From Kofleriaceae bacterium (GTDB taxonomy: Bacteria; Myxococcota_A; Polyangia; Haliangiales; Haliangiaceae): a stretch of DNA of 64,000 bases. The DNA lies in the NCBI GenBank assembly GCA_965215005.1, contig CBDCCZ010000014.1, positions 160,001 through 224,000 of the forward strand, written 5' to 3'. A program made the position numbers and the translations under genes. Below are positions 52,684 through 64,000 of this stretch, piece after piece. Position 1 is the stretch's first letter; each line of letters opens with the position of its first letter. Below the pieces are notes generated by a model that was given only the letters and a program-made list of their open reading frames with translations, did not search any database and was not told the origin of the DNA.

Positions 52684-53685
52684 CTACCAGCGAACCGCCA
52701 CGCCGCCCCAGGTGAGCCCAGCGCCGAGTCCGCAGTGCAATAGCAGCATGCCGTCGTCGAGGCGACCGGCGCGCACCGCTTCATCGAGAGCCAGCGGGAT
52801 CGACGCGGAGCTGGTGTTGCCGAAGCGATCGAGGTTGACGAAGAACCGCGATTTATCGACACGTAGCCGTCGCGCCACTGCGTCGATGATGCGCAGGTTG
52901 GCCTGGTGCGGGATGACGAGGTCGACCTCGCTGGCCTCGAGCTCGCACTTGGCAAGAGCGCGCTCGCAGGCATCGGAGAGGTTGCGCACCGCTTGGCTAA
53001 AGATCACCCGGCCATTCATGCGCAGAACGTGCTGATTCGCGGCCACCGACTCGGCCGACGGCGGATGCAGCGTACCGCCGCCGAGGATGTTCAGATCCGG
53101 CCAATACGTCGAGTCGCCATCGATGTGACTCGCGAGCACGCCGCGCGCAGCGGGGCTCGAGGCAGGCACGTCCTGCTCATCGGCGACGGCCACCACCGCG
53201 CCCGCCCCATCGCCAAACAAGATGCAGGTGCCGCGGTCCTTCCAATCGAGAAACTTGCTCAGCGCTTCTGCTCCAATGAACAAGATCCGCCGAAACATCC
53301 CGCTGCGGATCAGCGCGTCGACCACGGTCGTGCCATAGGTGAAGCCCGCGCAAGCAGCTGCCACGTCAAAGGCCGGGCCGCGAATCCCGAGCTTGTGTTG
53401 GGTCATGATCGCGCACGAAGGCATCGGCATGTCGGGCGTGGTGGTGGCGACGACGATACACTCGAGGTCGCTTAGCGCGATGCCCGCCGCCTCACACGCG
53501 CGACGTCCTGCCTCGGCGGCGAGATCACTGGTGGCTTCCCCGCTCTGCAGCACGTGCCGTTGGCGAATGCCGGTGCGCGTGCGAATCCAGTCATCGGAGG
53601 TCTCGAGGTAGCGGGCGATGTCATCGTTGCTGACGACTTTCTCGGGTACCGAGCTGCCCGTCCCCACGAATCGGGTGCGGATCAT
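52684..53685 (-). CDS. fabH: Beta-ketoacyl-ACP synthase III
   Basis: RTGI..R, AACAGF, LFGDGAGA, PHQAN.RI, GNTS.ASIP and GAGLTWG motifs. Confidence 0.93.
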   Translation of the reverse strand: MIRTRFVGTGSSVPEKVVSNDDIARYLETSDDWIRTRTGIRQRHVLQSGEATSDLAAEAGRRACEAAGIALSDLECIVVATTTPDMPMPSCAIMTQHKLGIRGPAFDVAAACAGFTYGTTVVDALIRSGMFRRILFIGAEALSKFLDWKDRGTCILFGDGAGAVVAVADEQDVPASSPAARGVLASHIDGDSTYWPDLNILGGGTLHPPSAESVAANQHVLRMNGRVIFSQAVRNLSDACERALAKCELEASEVDLVIPHQANLRIIDAVARRLRVDKSRFFVNLDRFGNTSSASIPLALDEAVRAGRLDDGMLLLHCGLGAGLTWGGVAVRW

Positions 53686-53912
53686 GTGTGCCTCCGGGTT
53701 CGAAGTCGCGCCGACCGACGGCTCGCGAGCGAACCCAATACGGCGGCAGCCCCGTGGTACTCGCTATCGCCTGTTCTGGCAACGAGTCGCGGTTGGCTTT
53801 TTCCCGTGCCGCAGCGCAGCACCTCGGGCAAGCAGCTGGGAATGCGTTCAGGTGCAGAGCCCGAGCGCCGGTCGCTACGCGGGGCGGCGCGCGAATTGCT
53901 AGTATCCCTCCC

Positions 53913-54779
53913 ATGGCAGCGCGCTCGATTGGCTCGGCAACGGTCTCGTTCGGACTGGTCTCGATCCCGGTCAAGATCTACACCACCACCTCCTCGAGCT
54001 CGGCGGTGCGGTTCAATCTGGTCCACCGCGACACCGGCCAACGGCTCAAGCAACAGTACGTGCTCAGCGACGGTACGCCCGTGGACCGCAGTGACATCGC
54101 CAAAGGCTATGAGTTTGCCAAAGGGCAATACGTCGTGTTGACCAATGAAGAGGTCAAAGCGCTCGACGCGGTTGCCGATGAAACGGTCGCACTCGTAGAG
54201 TTTGTGCCCGAAGCGACTCTCGACCCCCTGCTCTACGATCGCGCCTACTATCTCGGACCTGACAAGGGCGGCGACCGCGCCTATCACTTGCTGGCCCGCG
54301 CCATGCGCGAGACCGATCTCGTAGGGATTGCGCGCTATGCCGCCCGCGGCAAACAGTACACCGTGGTGCTGCGCCCGTACGAGAGTGGGCTCGTCATGCA
54401 GCAGCTTCACTACGATGACGAGCTCAAGAGTTTCGAAGAAGTGCCCATTGGCGATGCTCCCGCGATCAATGACAGTGAAGTCGAGCTCGCCAAGCAAATC
54501 ATCGCGCAGATCGCCCACGACACCTACGATGCGAGCCAGTACCACGATGAGGTCAAGGAGCGGGTTCTGGCGTTGATTCAACAGAAGGTTGAGGGCGAAG
54601 AGATCACTGCCACCGCCGATGCACCGGCAGGTCAGGTGATCGACTTGATGGAGGCGCTCAAGGCAAGTCTTGGCGCCAGCGCCGCTCCTGCCGCAGAGCC
54701 GCAAGCGCGCAAACCAGCCAAGCAGGCACCGACCAGCGCCAAGAGCAAGTCGACCAGCCGCAAGCGCAAAACTAGCTGA
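53913..54779 (+). CDS. ku: Non-homologous end-joining protein Ku
   Basis: R.I....SFGLV.IPV, KGYE, YYL.P, Y.LL..A and VIDLMEALKASL motifs; basic tail. Confidence 0.95.
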   Translation: MAARSIGSATVSFGLVSIPVKIYTTTSSSSAVRFNLVHRDTGQRLKQQYVLSDGTPVDRSDIAKGYEFAKGQYVVLTNEEVKALDAVADETVALVEFVPEATLDPLLYDRAYYLGPDKGGDRAYHLLARAMRETDLVGIARYAARGKQYTVVLRPYESGLVMQQLHYDDELKSFEEVPIGDAPAINDSEVELAKQIIAQIAHDTYDASQYHDEVKERVLALIQQKVEGEEITATADAPAGQVIDLMEALKASLGASAAPAAEPQARKPAKQAPTSAKSKSTSRKRKTS

Positions 54780-54832
54780 GCGGGCCGGCGCGCTTCGGTG
54801 TGCGGCGGCCAGCTATCGGTCGAAAGGAAGCC

Positions 54833-55393
54833 ATGTCCATCACTATCTTGGGAATCGCTGGCAGTCTTCGACGCGCGTCCTACAATGCGGCACTACTGCG
54901 CGCCGCCGCTGAGCTGGCGCCTGACGGAGTCGCGGTGGAGCTCGAGTCCGTTCGTGGGATTCCGCTCTACGACGCCGATGTCGAGGCCGATAGTGGCATT
55001 CCGGCGCGGGTCGTCGAGCTCAAAGAGCGAATCGCCGCCGCCGATGGCCTGCTCTTGGTGACGCCCGAGTACAACAACTCGATGCCCGGGGTCTTCAAGA
55101 ACGCCATCGATTGGCTGTCGCGTCCCCCCAAGGACATCGCGCGCGTCTTCGGCGATCGGCCGGTTGCGCTGCTGGGGGCCACGCCGGGCCGCGGCGGTAC
55201 GCGCCTTGCGCAAGAGGCATGGCTGCCGGTGCTGCGCACCCTCGGGACCCGACCGTGGTTCGGGCAACAGCTTTACGTCGCCGGCGCCGGCGATGCGTTC
55301 GACAGCAATGGCGCGCTCGTGGACCCCACGATCCGCAAGCTCTTGAGCTCTTATATTCAGGGCTTCAGCGACGCGGTGCAAAGCGGTCGCTGA
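54833..55393 (+). CDS. NADPH-dependent FMN reductase (ChrR/SsuE-like)
   Basis: GSLRRASYN and TPEYNNSMPG.FKNAIDWLSR motifs. Confidence 0.93.
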   Translation: MSITILGIAGSLRRASYNAALLRAAAELAPDGVAVELESVRGIPLYDADVEADSGIPARVVELKERIAAADGLLLVTPEYNNSMPGVFKNAIDWLSRPPKDIARVFGDRPVALLGATPGRGGTRLAQEAWLPVLRTLGTRPWFGQQLYVAGAGDAFDSNGALVDPTIRKLLSSYIQGFSDAVQSGR

Positions 55394-55413
55394 TACCGGA
55401 TGCGGACCAGGCG

Positions 55414-56046
55414 CTACTGCGAGTCGCCTTCGTCCTGCCGCCGGCGGTTGCGCGCCCGCCGCAGCTTGATTAGGCGATAGACGTAGAAGATGGCCATGAC
55501 GCCGAGGATCCCCCACGTGACCGGCCCGAGATACGTCGCGACCTCGGTGTACTTGCGCCCCAACGCATAGCCGAGCCAGGTCAATGCTCCGGTCCAAACG
55601 GTGGTGCCGATCGCCGAATACAAAAGATATTGCGCGAGCGGCATCTTGCAGAATCCCGCGGGAACCGACACGAACGTCCGGATCGCCGGCACCAGCCGAC
55701 CGAACAACACCACCAGCCTGCCGCGGCGCCCGAACCACGACGAGGCCCGATTGATGTCTTTGGGCTCGACGGTGAGCCAGTGCCCGTGCTCGCCGACCCA
55801 GGAGCAAAGCCGCTCTTCCCCGATCCATCGCGCCGCGTAGTACCAGGGCAGCGTGCCGATAATGGTGCCCACGGTGCCGACCGCGATGGCGATCCAGACG
55901 TTGAGCTCGCCATTGGCCGCCGTGTACCCCGCCAGCGGCATCACGATCTCCGATGGAATGGGCGGGAAGATGTTTTCGAGCGCCATCAGCAACGCGACGC
56001 CCGCGTACCCCATGGAGCTGACGATATCGGTGACCCAGCTATCCAC
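55414..56046 (-). CDS. DedA family membrane protein
   Basis: LMALENIFPPIPSE and GRLVP.IRT..S.PAG motifs. Confidence 0.93.
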   Translation of the reverse strand: MDSWVTDIVSSMGYAGVALLMALENIFPPIPSEIVMPLAGYTAANGELNVWIAIAVGTVGTIIGTLPWYYAARWIGEERLCSWVGEHGHWLTVEPKDINRASSWFGRRGRLVVLFGRLVPAIRTFVSVPAGFCKMPLAQYLLYSAIGTTVWTGALTWLGYALGRKYTEVATYLGPVTWGILGVMAIFYVYRLIKLRRARNRRRQDEGDSQ

Positions 56047-56214
56047 GAGCGACGGCGTGTGCAAGCACGGTACCGGCGGTCTGGGAAGGACGGCGCGCTC
56101 AGAAGGTTTCGCGTGGGGCGAAGGCGCACGCACGGGCGAAGGCGCCCGGTTGGGTCGCAGCGCGTCCAGCGCCCCAGGGTGAGCAGCCGGCGCTCCCGCT
56201 GGCTCCGACAGCGG

Positions 56215-56694
56215 ATGTCATACCGAGGCTCTAGCGTGAGCAGGGTGGGCACCCTTCTCGAGCTCTTTCGCAGCGACGTCGACGCCGAAGACTGGTTCGA
56301 GCGCGCTCTCCAATGGGAGCAATCCGCGCCGCAGCGGGCCATCAAGCTGTATCAGCGAGCGCTGCAGAAGGAGCCTCGCCATGCCGCGGCTTGGGCCAAC
56401 CTCGGTCGACTGCTTCATGAAGAGGGCGATCTAAGCGCAGCAGAGTCTTGCTATCGGCTGGCGAGCCTGTCCGATCCTGCCGAAGCCACCTACTGGTTCA
56501 ATCTCGGCGTCGTGCTCCAAGACGCGCATCGCCTCGCCGAAGCCGCGCAGGCCTACCGCGCCGCGCTCGCGCGCGACTCGCTGCTCACAGATGCCTATTA
56601 CAACCTCGCCGGCGTCTATGAGGCACTCGGGGATGAATGCGCCGCGGTGCGCTGCTTGGCAGCGTTTCGCCGGCTGGTTCGCTGCGCCGGCTGA
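56215..56694 (+). CDS. TPR-repeat protein
   Basis: AWANLG.L, YWFNLG.V and AYYNLA.VY repeats. Confidence 0.85.
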   Translation: MSYRGSSVSRVGTLLELFRSDVDAEDWFERALQWEQSAPQRAIKLYQRALQKEPRHAAAWANLGRLLHEEGDLSAAESCYRLASLSDPAEATYWFNLGVVLQDAHRLAEAAQAYRAALARDSLLTDAYYNLAGVYEALGDECAAVRCLAAFRRLVRCAG

Positions 56695-56867
56695 TCAGCA
56701 CCTGCGCCATTTGCACGTTGCGGTGAAGCGGGCGGTTCACGGCGGGCATGCCCGCGCGCATCAGCGGGGTGCGCTTCGGGCAAACGCTGCTTCGATGAAC
56801 GTCGCGCGTTACAGCCGCGGCGAGTGCGCTAGGCTTGCCGATCCCCGCGCTAGCCGCCGCTCGACCA

Positions 56868-57833
56868 GTGTCCGCCCCTCCCGATGACATACAGCGCCGT
56901 GGCGCCGGCCTCGCGGCAGTGGTTCTCGCGACGATGGCGTTCAGCTGGGGCTTCATCATCGTCAAGTCGCTGCCCTATCCTGCGGCCGTCGTTGGTTTCT
57001 ATCGTCTCGCGCTCGGCGCCGGCGTGCTGTCCACCGTCGCGCTGATTTGGCGCGTTCCGTGGCCGCGAGCACGCGGGCCGCTCATCGGCGCGGGCCTGGC
57101 ATTCGGCGCCCATCAACTGCTGTTCATCGCCGCCACCCAGCGAACCGCAATCGCCATCGTCACCCTCATCGGCGCCACGCAGCCGCTGCTCGTCGCGCTC
57201 ATCAGCCGGCGGACATTGGGGGAGCGGGTCTCGCGCGCCGTTTACGCGTGCGCGGTGTTGGCAGTGGCTGGGGTCGGACTCGTGGTCGCCGGTAGCGCCG
57301 GTGACGACAGCCGCACACTGCTGGGAGATCTGTTTGCGGTCGCCAACGTGCTCGTCTTCACCAGTTACTTCCTGCTCGCCAAGCGCGCCCGTCTCAGCGG
57401 CGCGCCAACCCTCACCTTCACCGCGGGATTCCTCGCGATCGCGCTGCTCCCGGTCGGCATCGCGATGCTGCTCGTCGGGCCGGTCATGCCCAATGCTCCC
57501 TCGCTTGCGCTGTTGTTGTTGCTGGCGATGGGGCCCGGCAATGGCCACTTACTCATCAACTGGGCCCACGCCCGGGTGAGCGCCGCGCTCAGCTCCATCG
57601 TGCTGGCGCTGGTTCCGGTGCTGGCCAGCATTTGGGCTCATCTGGTGTTGGGCGAGCCCTACACGTGGTACCACGCGGCCGGCATGAGCCTCACGCTGGT
57701 CGCCATCGAGGTCGGACGTCGCGCCGAGCGCCGCAGTCGGAGCGCACCAACGTCGCTTGCCGGAGCAACCTCAGCGTCGACCCGCGCACCGCTGGCTCCT
57801 CCAGAGGCGCAAAAACCCCCGCGCGAGTCGTGA
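56868..57833 (+). CDS. DMT/EamA family transporter
   Basis: Ten TMs in two EamA repeats (QP.LV.L.S...LGE; P....WA..VLGE). Confidence 0.88.
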   Translation: MSAPPDDIQRRGAGLAAVVLATMAFSWGFIIVKSLPYPAAVVGFYRLALGAGVLSTVALIWRVPWPRARGPLIGAGLAFGAHQLLFIAATQRTAIAIVTLIGATQPLLVALISRRTLGERVSRAVYACAVLAVAGVGLVVAGSAGDDSRTLLGDLFAVANVLVFTSYFLLAKRARLSGAPTLTFTAGFLAIALLPVGIAMLLVGPVMPNAPSLALLLLLAMGPGNGHLLINWAHARVSAALSSIVLALVPVLASIWAHLVLGEPYTWYHAAGMSLTLVAIEVGRRAERRSRSAPTSLAGATSASTRAPLAPPEAQKPPRES

Positions 57834-57867
57834 AGGACTCCCCGATGACCTCTATCATCGACCGCGC

Positions 57868-59273
<1,406 letters not shown>

Positions 59274-59277
<4 letters not shown>

Positions 59278-60239
59278 ATCATAGCGCGGCGCGCCACCAG
59301 CTCGAACGCGAGCTCGAGTGCAGCGATGAAGCTGTCGGGCCGCGCAAGGCCCTTGCCGGCGATGTCGTAGGCGGTGCCGTGATCGGGGGAGGTGCGGATG
59401 ATCGGCAGCCCCAGCGTCACATTCACCGCCCGCTCGAAGTCGACGAGCTTGACCGGAATGAGCGCTTGGTCGTGATACATCGCGATCAGCACGTCATACG
59501 CACCGCCAACGGCGTCGCGAAAGGCGGCATCCGGCACCAGCGGCCCCGTCAACGACACTGCCTCGCCCAAGAGCTGCCGCGCGCTGGCGATGGCCGGTCC
59601 GATGACGTCGAGCTCTTCGCGGCCAAACAGCCCGCCTTCTCCGGCGTGTGGGTTGAGCCCCACGACTCCGACGCGCGGCCTCGGCACGGCGAAGTCGCGT
59701 TGCATCGTCGTCGCCGCAAGCCGTATCACCTCGACGAGACGTCGCGGGCACAACTCGGCTGCAACGTGGGCCAAGGCCACATGCACCGTCGCGAGCACCA
59801 CCCGCAGCGAAGGGCCCGCAAACATCATCGCCACCGCCGGCGCCTGCAGCCGCTCGGCGAGCAGCTCGGTATGGCCGGGAAACGCAAATCCCGCCGCGCG
59901 CGCCTGCGTCTTCGATATCGGCGCCGTGACCAAGCCGGCTATTTCGCCGCGCCGTGCCGCCGCGATGGCCGCTTCGAGATACGCCACCTGCGCCGCGCCG
60001 CCCGCGGTCGTCGGGTGGCCGGCGACGATGTCACTGCCGCCGAGCACTCCGCGGTCGTCGATGCGCACCTCGGGCGGCACACCTCCCAGCGGTCGACACG
60101 CCGCAGCAAGTATCGGCGCGTCGGCGAACACCCTCAGCGAGGACCTTTTCCGTGCATCGAGTCGAGCCAGCGCCGCAGCGATGATTTCTGGGCCAACGCC
60201 AGCGGGATCGCCAAGCGTGATTCCAATGACTCCGCTCAT
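59274..60239 (-). CDS. pdxA: 4-hydroxythreonine-4-phosphate dehydrogenase
   Basis: [25 protein letters not shown] and RTSPDHGTA motifs. Confidence 0.95.
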
Positions 60240-60433
60240 GGCTCGCCATCATCGACCACTCCTGCCGGCTAGGCCACCTCATCGTGATGAGCGTCGCGCT
60301 CTTGAATACCGACCTGCGACGCCGGCAGAAGCGAAATCCAGCCGCTAAACACGCCTACATCAGCGAATCGGCAGCGGCCGCATTACCTACCTTGCGTCTG
60401 TAGCGCTTGCAGGTCATCCCTTATTAAGGACGT

Positions 60434-61312
60434 ATGATTGCGCGGGCTCTCGCCACCTCGGGCGTCGCTGCGATGTTGCTCTGCGGCAGCGCCTGCGGCG
60501 GCTCCAATACCGGCCTCCGGGAGGCGCCAGGCGACACGGCGGCGCTCTTAGGCCCCCCCGAAGACTTCATCGGCGCCCGCCCGTTTTTCCTTCCCGGCGA
60601 GCGCATGAGCTTTGAGCTGTCGCTGCGGGGCGTTGTTGCAGGCGAGGCGATCATCTCCGTCGGCGACCCCGGTCAGCTCGACGACAAGAACGTCATCATC
60701 GTGCGGTCTCGCTCGCAGAGCGTTGGCGTCGGCAAGCTGTTCAAAGAGGTCCACGATGAGGTGACCACCTGGGTCGACCTCGATACCGCGTTGCCCATTC
60801 GCCACGAAGCCGACCTCGTCTTCGGTGCCAAGCACGTGGTCGTTTCCACCAAATTCGGCACCGGTCCCTTCGTGCTCGAGTACCAAAAGAACGACGAAGC
60901 AGAGCGCCGCGTGCGCCAGACCCTGCCGCCCGAGCTGCACGCCTACGATGGCCACGCCGCGCTCGGCGCACTGCGCGCGTGGGAGCCCGAAGCCAGCGGC
61001 GCCCGCGGCTTTTTATACGCATTGAGCGGACGCCGGTTGTGGAAGAGCACCGTTCGCTTCGTTGCCCGTGAAGAAGTTCGCACCCAGCTCGGCGTCTTTC
61101 CCGCCTTGCGCTTCGAAGGCCTCGCCTGGCGGCTCGAGCGCGACGGCCGCATTGATCGAAAACATCGCCCCCGCCGCTGGTCCCTCTGGATGAGCGACGA
61201 CCTCGACCGCTTACCCCTGCTGGTCGTCTCGACCAGCCGCTTTGGCGAAGTCACCGCCGAGCTCACCGACTACGTCCGCCCCGACGACGCCCCCGCCATC
61301 GTCCACCGCTAA
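60434..61312 (+). CDS. DUF3108-like lipoprotein
   Basis: Lipobox-like GSAC, PGE...F.....G..AG and W.SDD..RLP......FG motifs. Confidence 0.65.
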   Translation: MIARALATSGVAAMLLCGSACGGSNTGLREAPGDTAALLGPPEDFIGARPFFLPGERMSFELSLRGVVAGEAIISVGDPGQLDDKNVIIVRSRSQSVGVGKLFKEVHDEVTTWVDLDTALPIRHEADLVFGAKHVVVSTKFGTGPFVLEYQKNDEAERRVRQTLPPELHAYDGHAALGALRAWEPEASGARGFLYALSGRRLWKSTVRFVAREEVRTQLGVFPALRFEGLAWRLERDGRIDRKHRPRRWSLWMSDDLDRLPLLVVSTSRFGEVTAELTDYVRPDDAPAIVHR

Positions 61313-61719
61313 CAGCGCCAGCGCCGATGGCCTCGGCGCCCATCCGCCGCTGCCGAAATGGTGTCATTCGCCAAGCGAGTCGTAGACCACACGTGTTAGC
61401 GAAGCGACCATCATGTAAAAGGCGCTGATTGGCAGCCTGTAGCATTGTCGACTGCGCTCGTTTCCCACCGCAGCAAACAGACACCGCGTCGCAATCCCTT
61501 AGCGACCGTTCGTGTCAGAGCGGTTAAGGAGCTCGCAGGCACGCAGTCGCACCGGACGAGCTGGCGACTCGACGGGCGTCATATGGCACCGATTCGACCA
61601 CAACGCGGGCCCGAGCTGCGGGGCAGCGTCTCGGCCTCGACGTTCCACCGTATTCAATTCGCCGAATCACAGGCTAATGCGCTGCGAGCTGACGCGCGCT
61701 GGCATCGCGCCCTCGCCGT

Positions 61720-61975
61720 CTCTCTCAGGACACTTTGTGCCGAGTCAGACACGGAGCTCGGGACCGTGCGCGCGAGCGACATAGCCAGCGCTCGAGCCTC
61801 GCTACGCCATAGCTGCGCGTGACGTCGCGCAGGCGGGCGGAAGCGCTGCGTGCTCAGCTCACGCAATGTGGCGGCAAGCTCGCCGTGCTGCGGCTCAGCG
61901 GCGAGTAATGGGGCCAAGAATCTGGCTACCAAACCGCGCGGGCACCGCGCCGTGATCCTTCGGCGCGGTGCTCGG
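61720..61975 (-). pseudogene. Frameshifted N-terminal relic of a DDE-integrase-type transposase
   Basis: Consecutive segments in different frames give APKDHG..RF.SQILGP.TRR / HGELAATLRELSTQRFRPP / DVTRSYGVARLERWL, the N-terminal pattern of a myxobacterial transposase family. Confidence 0.55.
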
Positions 61976-62087
61976 AACGAATGCGCACCGTCGCCCTGCA
62001 ACGGCCAAACGGGACGTCAGGTCTCCCGCAGGCTACTTCACCGAATTAGACCGGCCCTCCGACCGGCCCCAAGGTCTTCGCCGCGCC

Positions 62088-63060
62088 TCACTTCTCGCCT
62101 TCCACCTTCGGAGCTCGATACTTGGTGAACGCTGCGTCCATGCGCGCCAGTTGCCCGCCAGAGAACATGTCCATGCAGTCGTCGTCCGTGTAATCCATGA
62201 AGTTGTGGATTGGATCGAGACCCTCCTTCTTGGGGCAGCTGTTCCGGTCGACGGGGCAACCATACGCCGGAGATGCTTCGGCGGGCGTGTCCTTGACTTC
62301 GTCGAGGTCGGCGCACCCGCCTTGGAAGGTGTGATAGAGGCCGAGCCAGTGGCCGACCTCATGCGTGCCGGTGTCGCCCTCGCTGAAGGGACCATCCGAG
62401 CCCCCTGGAAGCGAGTCGTGTCGCAACACTACGCCATCTTGCTTGGGCTTCTTGACGCGGACCTCGGGCCAGGTAGCCCATCCCAAGAGTCCTTGGCCGG
62501 GATTGGCGGTATAGATGTTGAGCGCCTTGGGTCCACCTTTGTGAAGCGCCTTCTTGGCGGCGATTTCTGCAGCGCTTTCGGGCAGCATTGTGAACCAGTC
62601 GTTGTTCGTCGTCCGATCGACTTCTTTCAACTCGAAGCGGGAAGGGCGTGTTGGCGGCTCCCTTGCCAGTAGCGCCGCTGAAGCTCGAGTTGAGGACGGC
62701 GATCTGGTCGTCGATCTCCTGGCGCGTGACATTGCCGAGGATCTGCTTCTCGCCCGGTGTCTTGCCCGCCTTCTCACCTTGGATGATATGGAAGTAGACC
62801 GGAATGGTGACCGAGCCCGGAGCGCTGGCGTCGGTGAGCGGATCGCCAGCCACGCCGCTGATCCCGAACCCCTTGACCCCGATCAAGTCTCGTTCGGCGG
62901 CCGCGATGTCAGCGCGGCTGGGCGCTTTAGTGCCGCAGATGCGGGTGCCCCGTGCTTCGGCGGAACCCAGCTCATCGGGTGCCACGTCGGGAAGAGTGCA
63001 GCCCGTACCGCCCGCCAAAGCGAACACAGTACCAAGAAGAACCAACACCTTCGTTTCCAT
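62088..63060 (-). pseudogene. M43 (pappalysin/ulilysin-like) zinc metalloprotease lipoprotein split by a +1 frameshift near 62640
   Basis: The N-terminal frame gives METK..GTGC..RICGT..IPVYFHII..QIAVLN..NTPF; the second frame gives RFEL...HEVGHWLGLYHTF...NFMDY. There is an extra C in TTC-C-CGC. Confidence 0.85.
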
Positions 63061-63307
63061 ACGACTACCTGCCTTTTCAAGAACGGCACACGTCCGCGGT
63101 TGCGACTGAGGCACCACCGCGCTCGTGTTCTGAATGGCGGCTCCTCCCGGCCACGAGTCCGCACGCTATATACCTGTTGTCTACCGTAGCGTCCCCGACC
63201 CCTTGGCCGACCTTATTTGTCACTTAGGACTCGTGCAGCAACCTGCTGTTCAAGGCGGCCAGGAACCGGCGTGGCAAGAAACGCAGAATCGAATAAAGAT
63301 AGTCAAC

Positions 63308-63538
63308 AAAGCAGCCAGACCTAAGGCCCAAGGCAGAAACAAAACAGTCAAACAGTCCGACCTACGAACAAAATAGCCAACACAGCAAGCAACCTAAAAG
63401 CAGCCAGACCTAAAGCAGCCAAAGCAGCCAGACCTAAGGTCGGTGAAAAGCAGCCAGACCTAAGGTCGGCAAAGCAAGCGCTAAAGCAGCCAGACCTAAA
63501 GCAGCCAGACCTAAAGCAGCCAGACCTAAGGTCGGCAA
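63308..63538. repeat. A-rich cluster of ~15-bp repeats (AAAGCAGCCAGACCT)
   Basis: Full copies at 63308, 63397, 63421, 63447, 63483, 63498 and 63513, plus a partial copy at 63412. Confidence 0.9.
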
Positions 63539-63800
63539 GTAAGCGCTCGACAGTGCGCACCTGCTTGAGGCCGTGCGGCTGTGGCAAACGGCAGGCCTGA
63601 AACGGGGTGAATCAGGAAGAACAGCCGCGGACGGGCTACCCGACGCTTTAGCGCCAGAAGAGAGTGTCACCTGCGGCCTACTTTAGTCACTTGCGGGCCG
63701 CGAGTTGGGCGCGTGGCAGGAGCTCAGCAGCGCGGCTCATCTTCCAGTGATTACCGACTTTGTCGATGATGTCGGCGAGGAAGTCGTAGGGATCGACGCC
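63539..63800 (-). mobile_element. IS66-family right-end remnant (TnpC C-terminus + terminal IR)
   Basis: GVDPYDFLADII....W...RAAELLP (63687-63800) is the IS66 TnpC C-terminal motif. GTAAGCG at 63539 is typical of IS66 ends. Confidence 0.7.
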
Positions 63801-64000
63801 ATCGGGCTGCTGCTGAAAGTTCGATGCGCTTGGGTCGATGGATCTCAAGGACTTCCAGAAGCTATCGAGACGACGTTGCACGATGATGCGATCCGGCACC
63901 TGGGCATCGCAGCAAATTGGCAGGAACGGCAGTGAAAGCTCGGCGCGGTCGCTTTTGCTCGAGCGATACTGATCGCGGCTTCAATCGGGTACGGCGGCCG

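Noticed and set aside
63348..63670. ORFs with RSGCF / LGLAA / KAARP pentapeptide repeats
   Set aside because: They are by-products of the 15-bp DNA repeat, with no RBS or coherent frame and atypical codon usage.
63800..64000. Continuation of the IS66 transposase to the window end
   Set aside because: Translation upstream of GVDPY does not resemble TnpC in the frames I checked, so it is left unassigned.

Overview
High-GC chromosomal window whose gene content points to a myxobacterium (Myxococcota): an FHA-sigma54 activator, AgmX/PglI-C and DUF4388 proteins, and a MYXAN-type Cas locus. The left end carries the 5' part of a minus-strand type I-B 'MYXAN/Cmx8' cas operon (cas6-cas3-cmx8-cas7/devR, truncated by the window edge). 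No ordinary CRISPR array is present. However, just upstream of cas6 there is a hidden single-spacer mini-array (4927-5029, minus strand) whose spacer pairs with an ATG-flanked site about 100 bp upstream. The mismatches fall at spacer positions 6, 9 and 12, as expected for a Cascade-guided regulatory (CreR/CreA-like) RNA. Most of the rest is housekeeping and accessory genes (gltA, apaG, htpG, a MacAB-type ABC exporter, ppx, hemB, maf, stand-alone rplX and sucA, fabH, Ku, pdxA). It also holds an intact IS630 carrying a LexA-type HTH passenger, an orphan Imm5-like fusion, a PtsP-like pseudo-enzyme and a 20-bp VNTR. The right end is decayed: a transposase relic, a frameshifted M43 protease, an A-rich repeat cluster and an IS66 end. 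All family assignments come from motif recognition by eye; no database searches were run.
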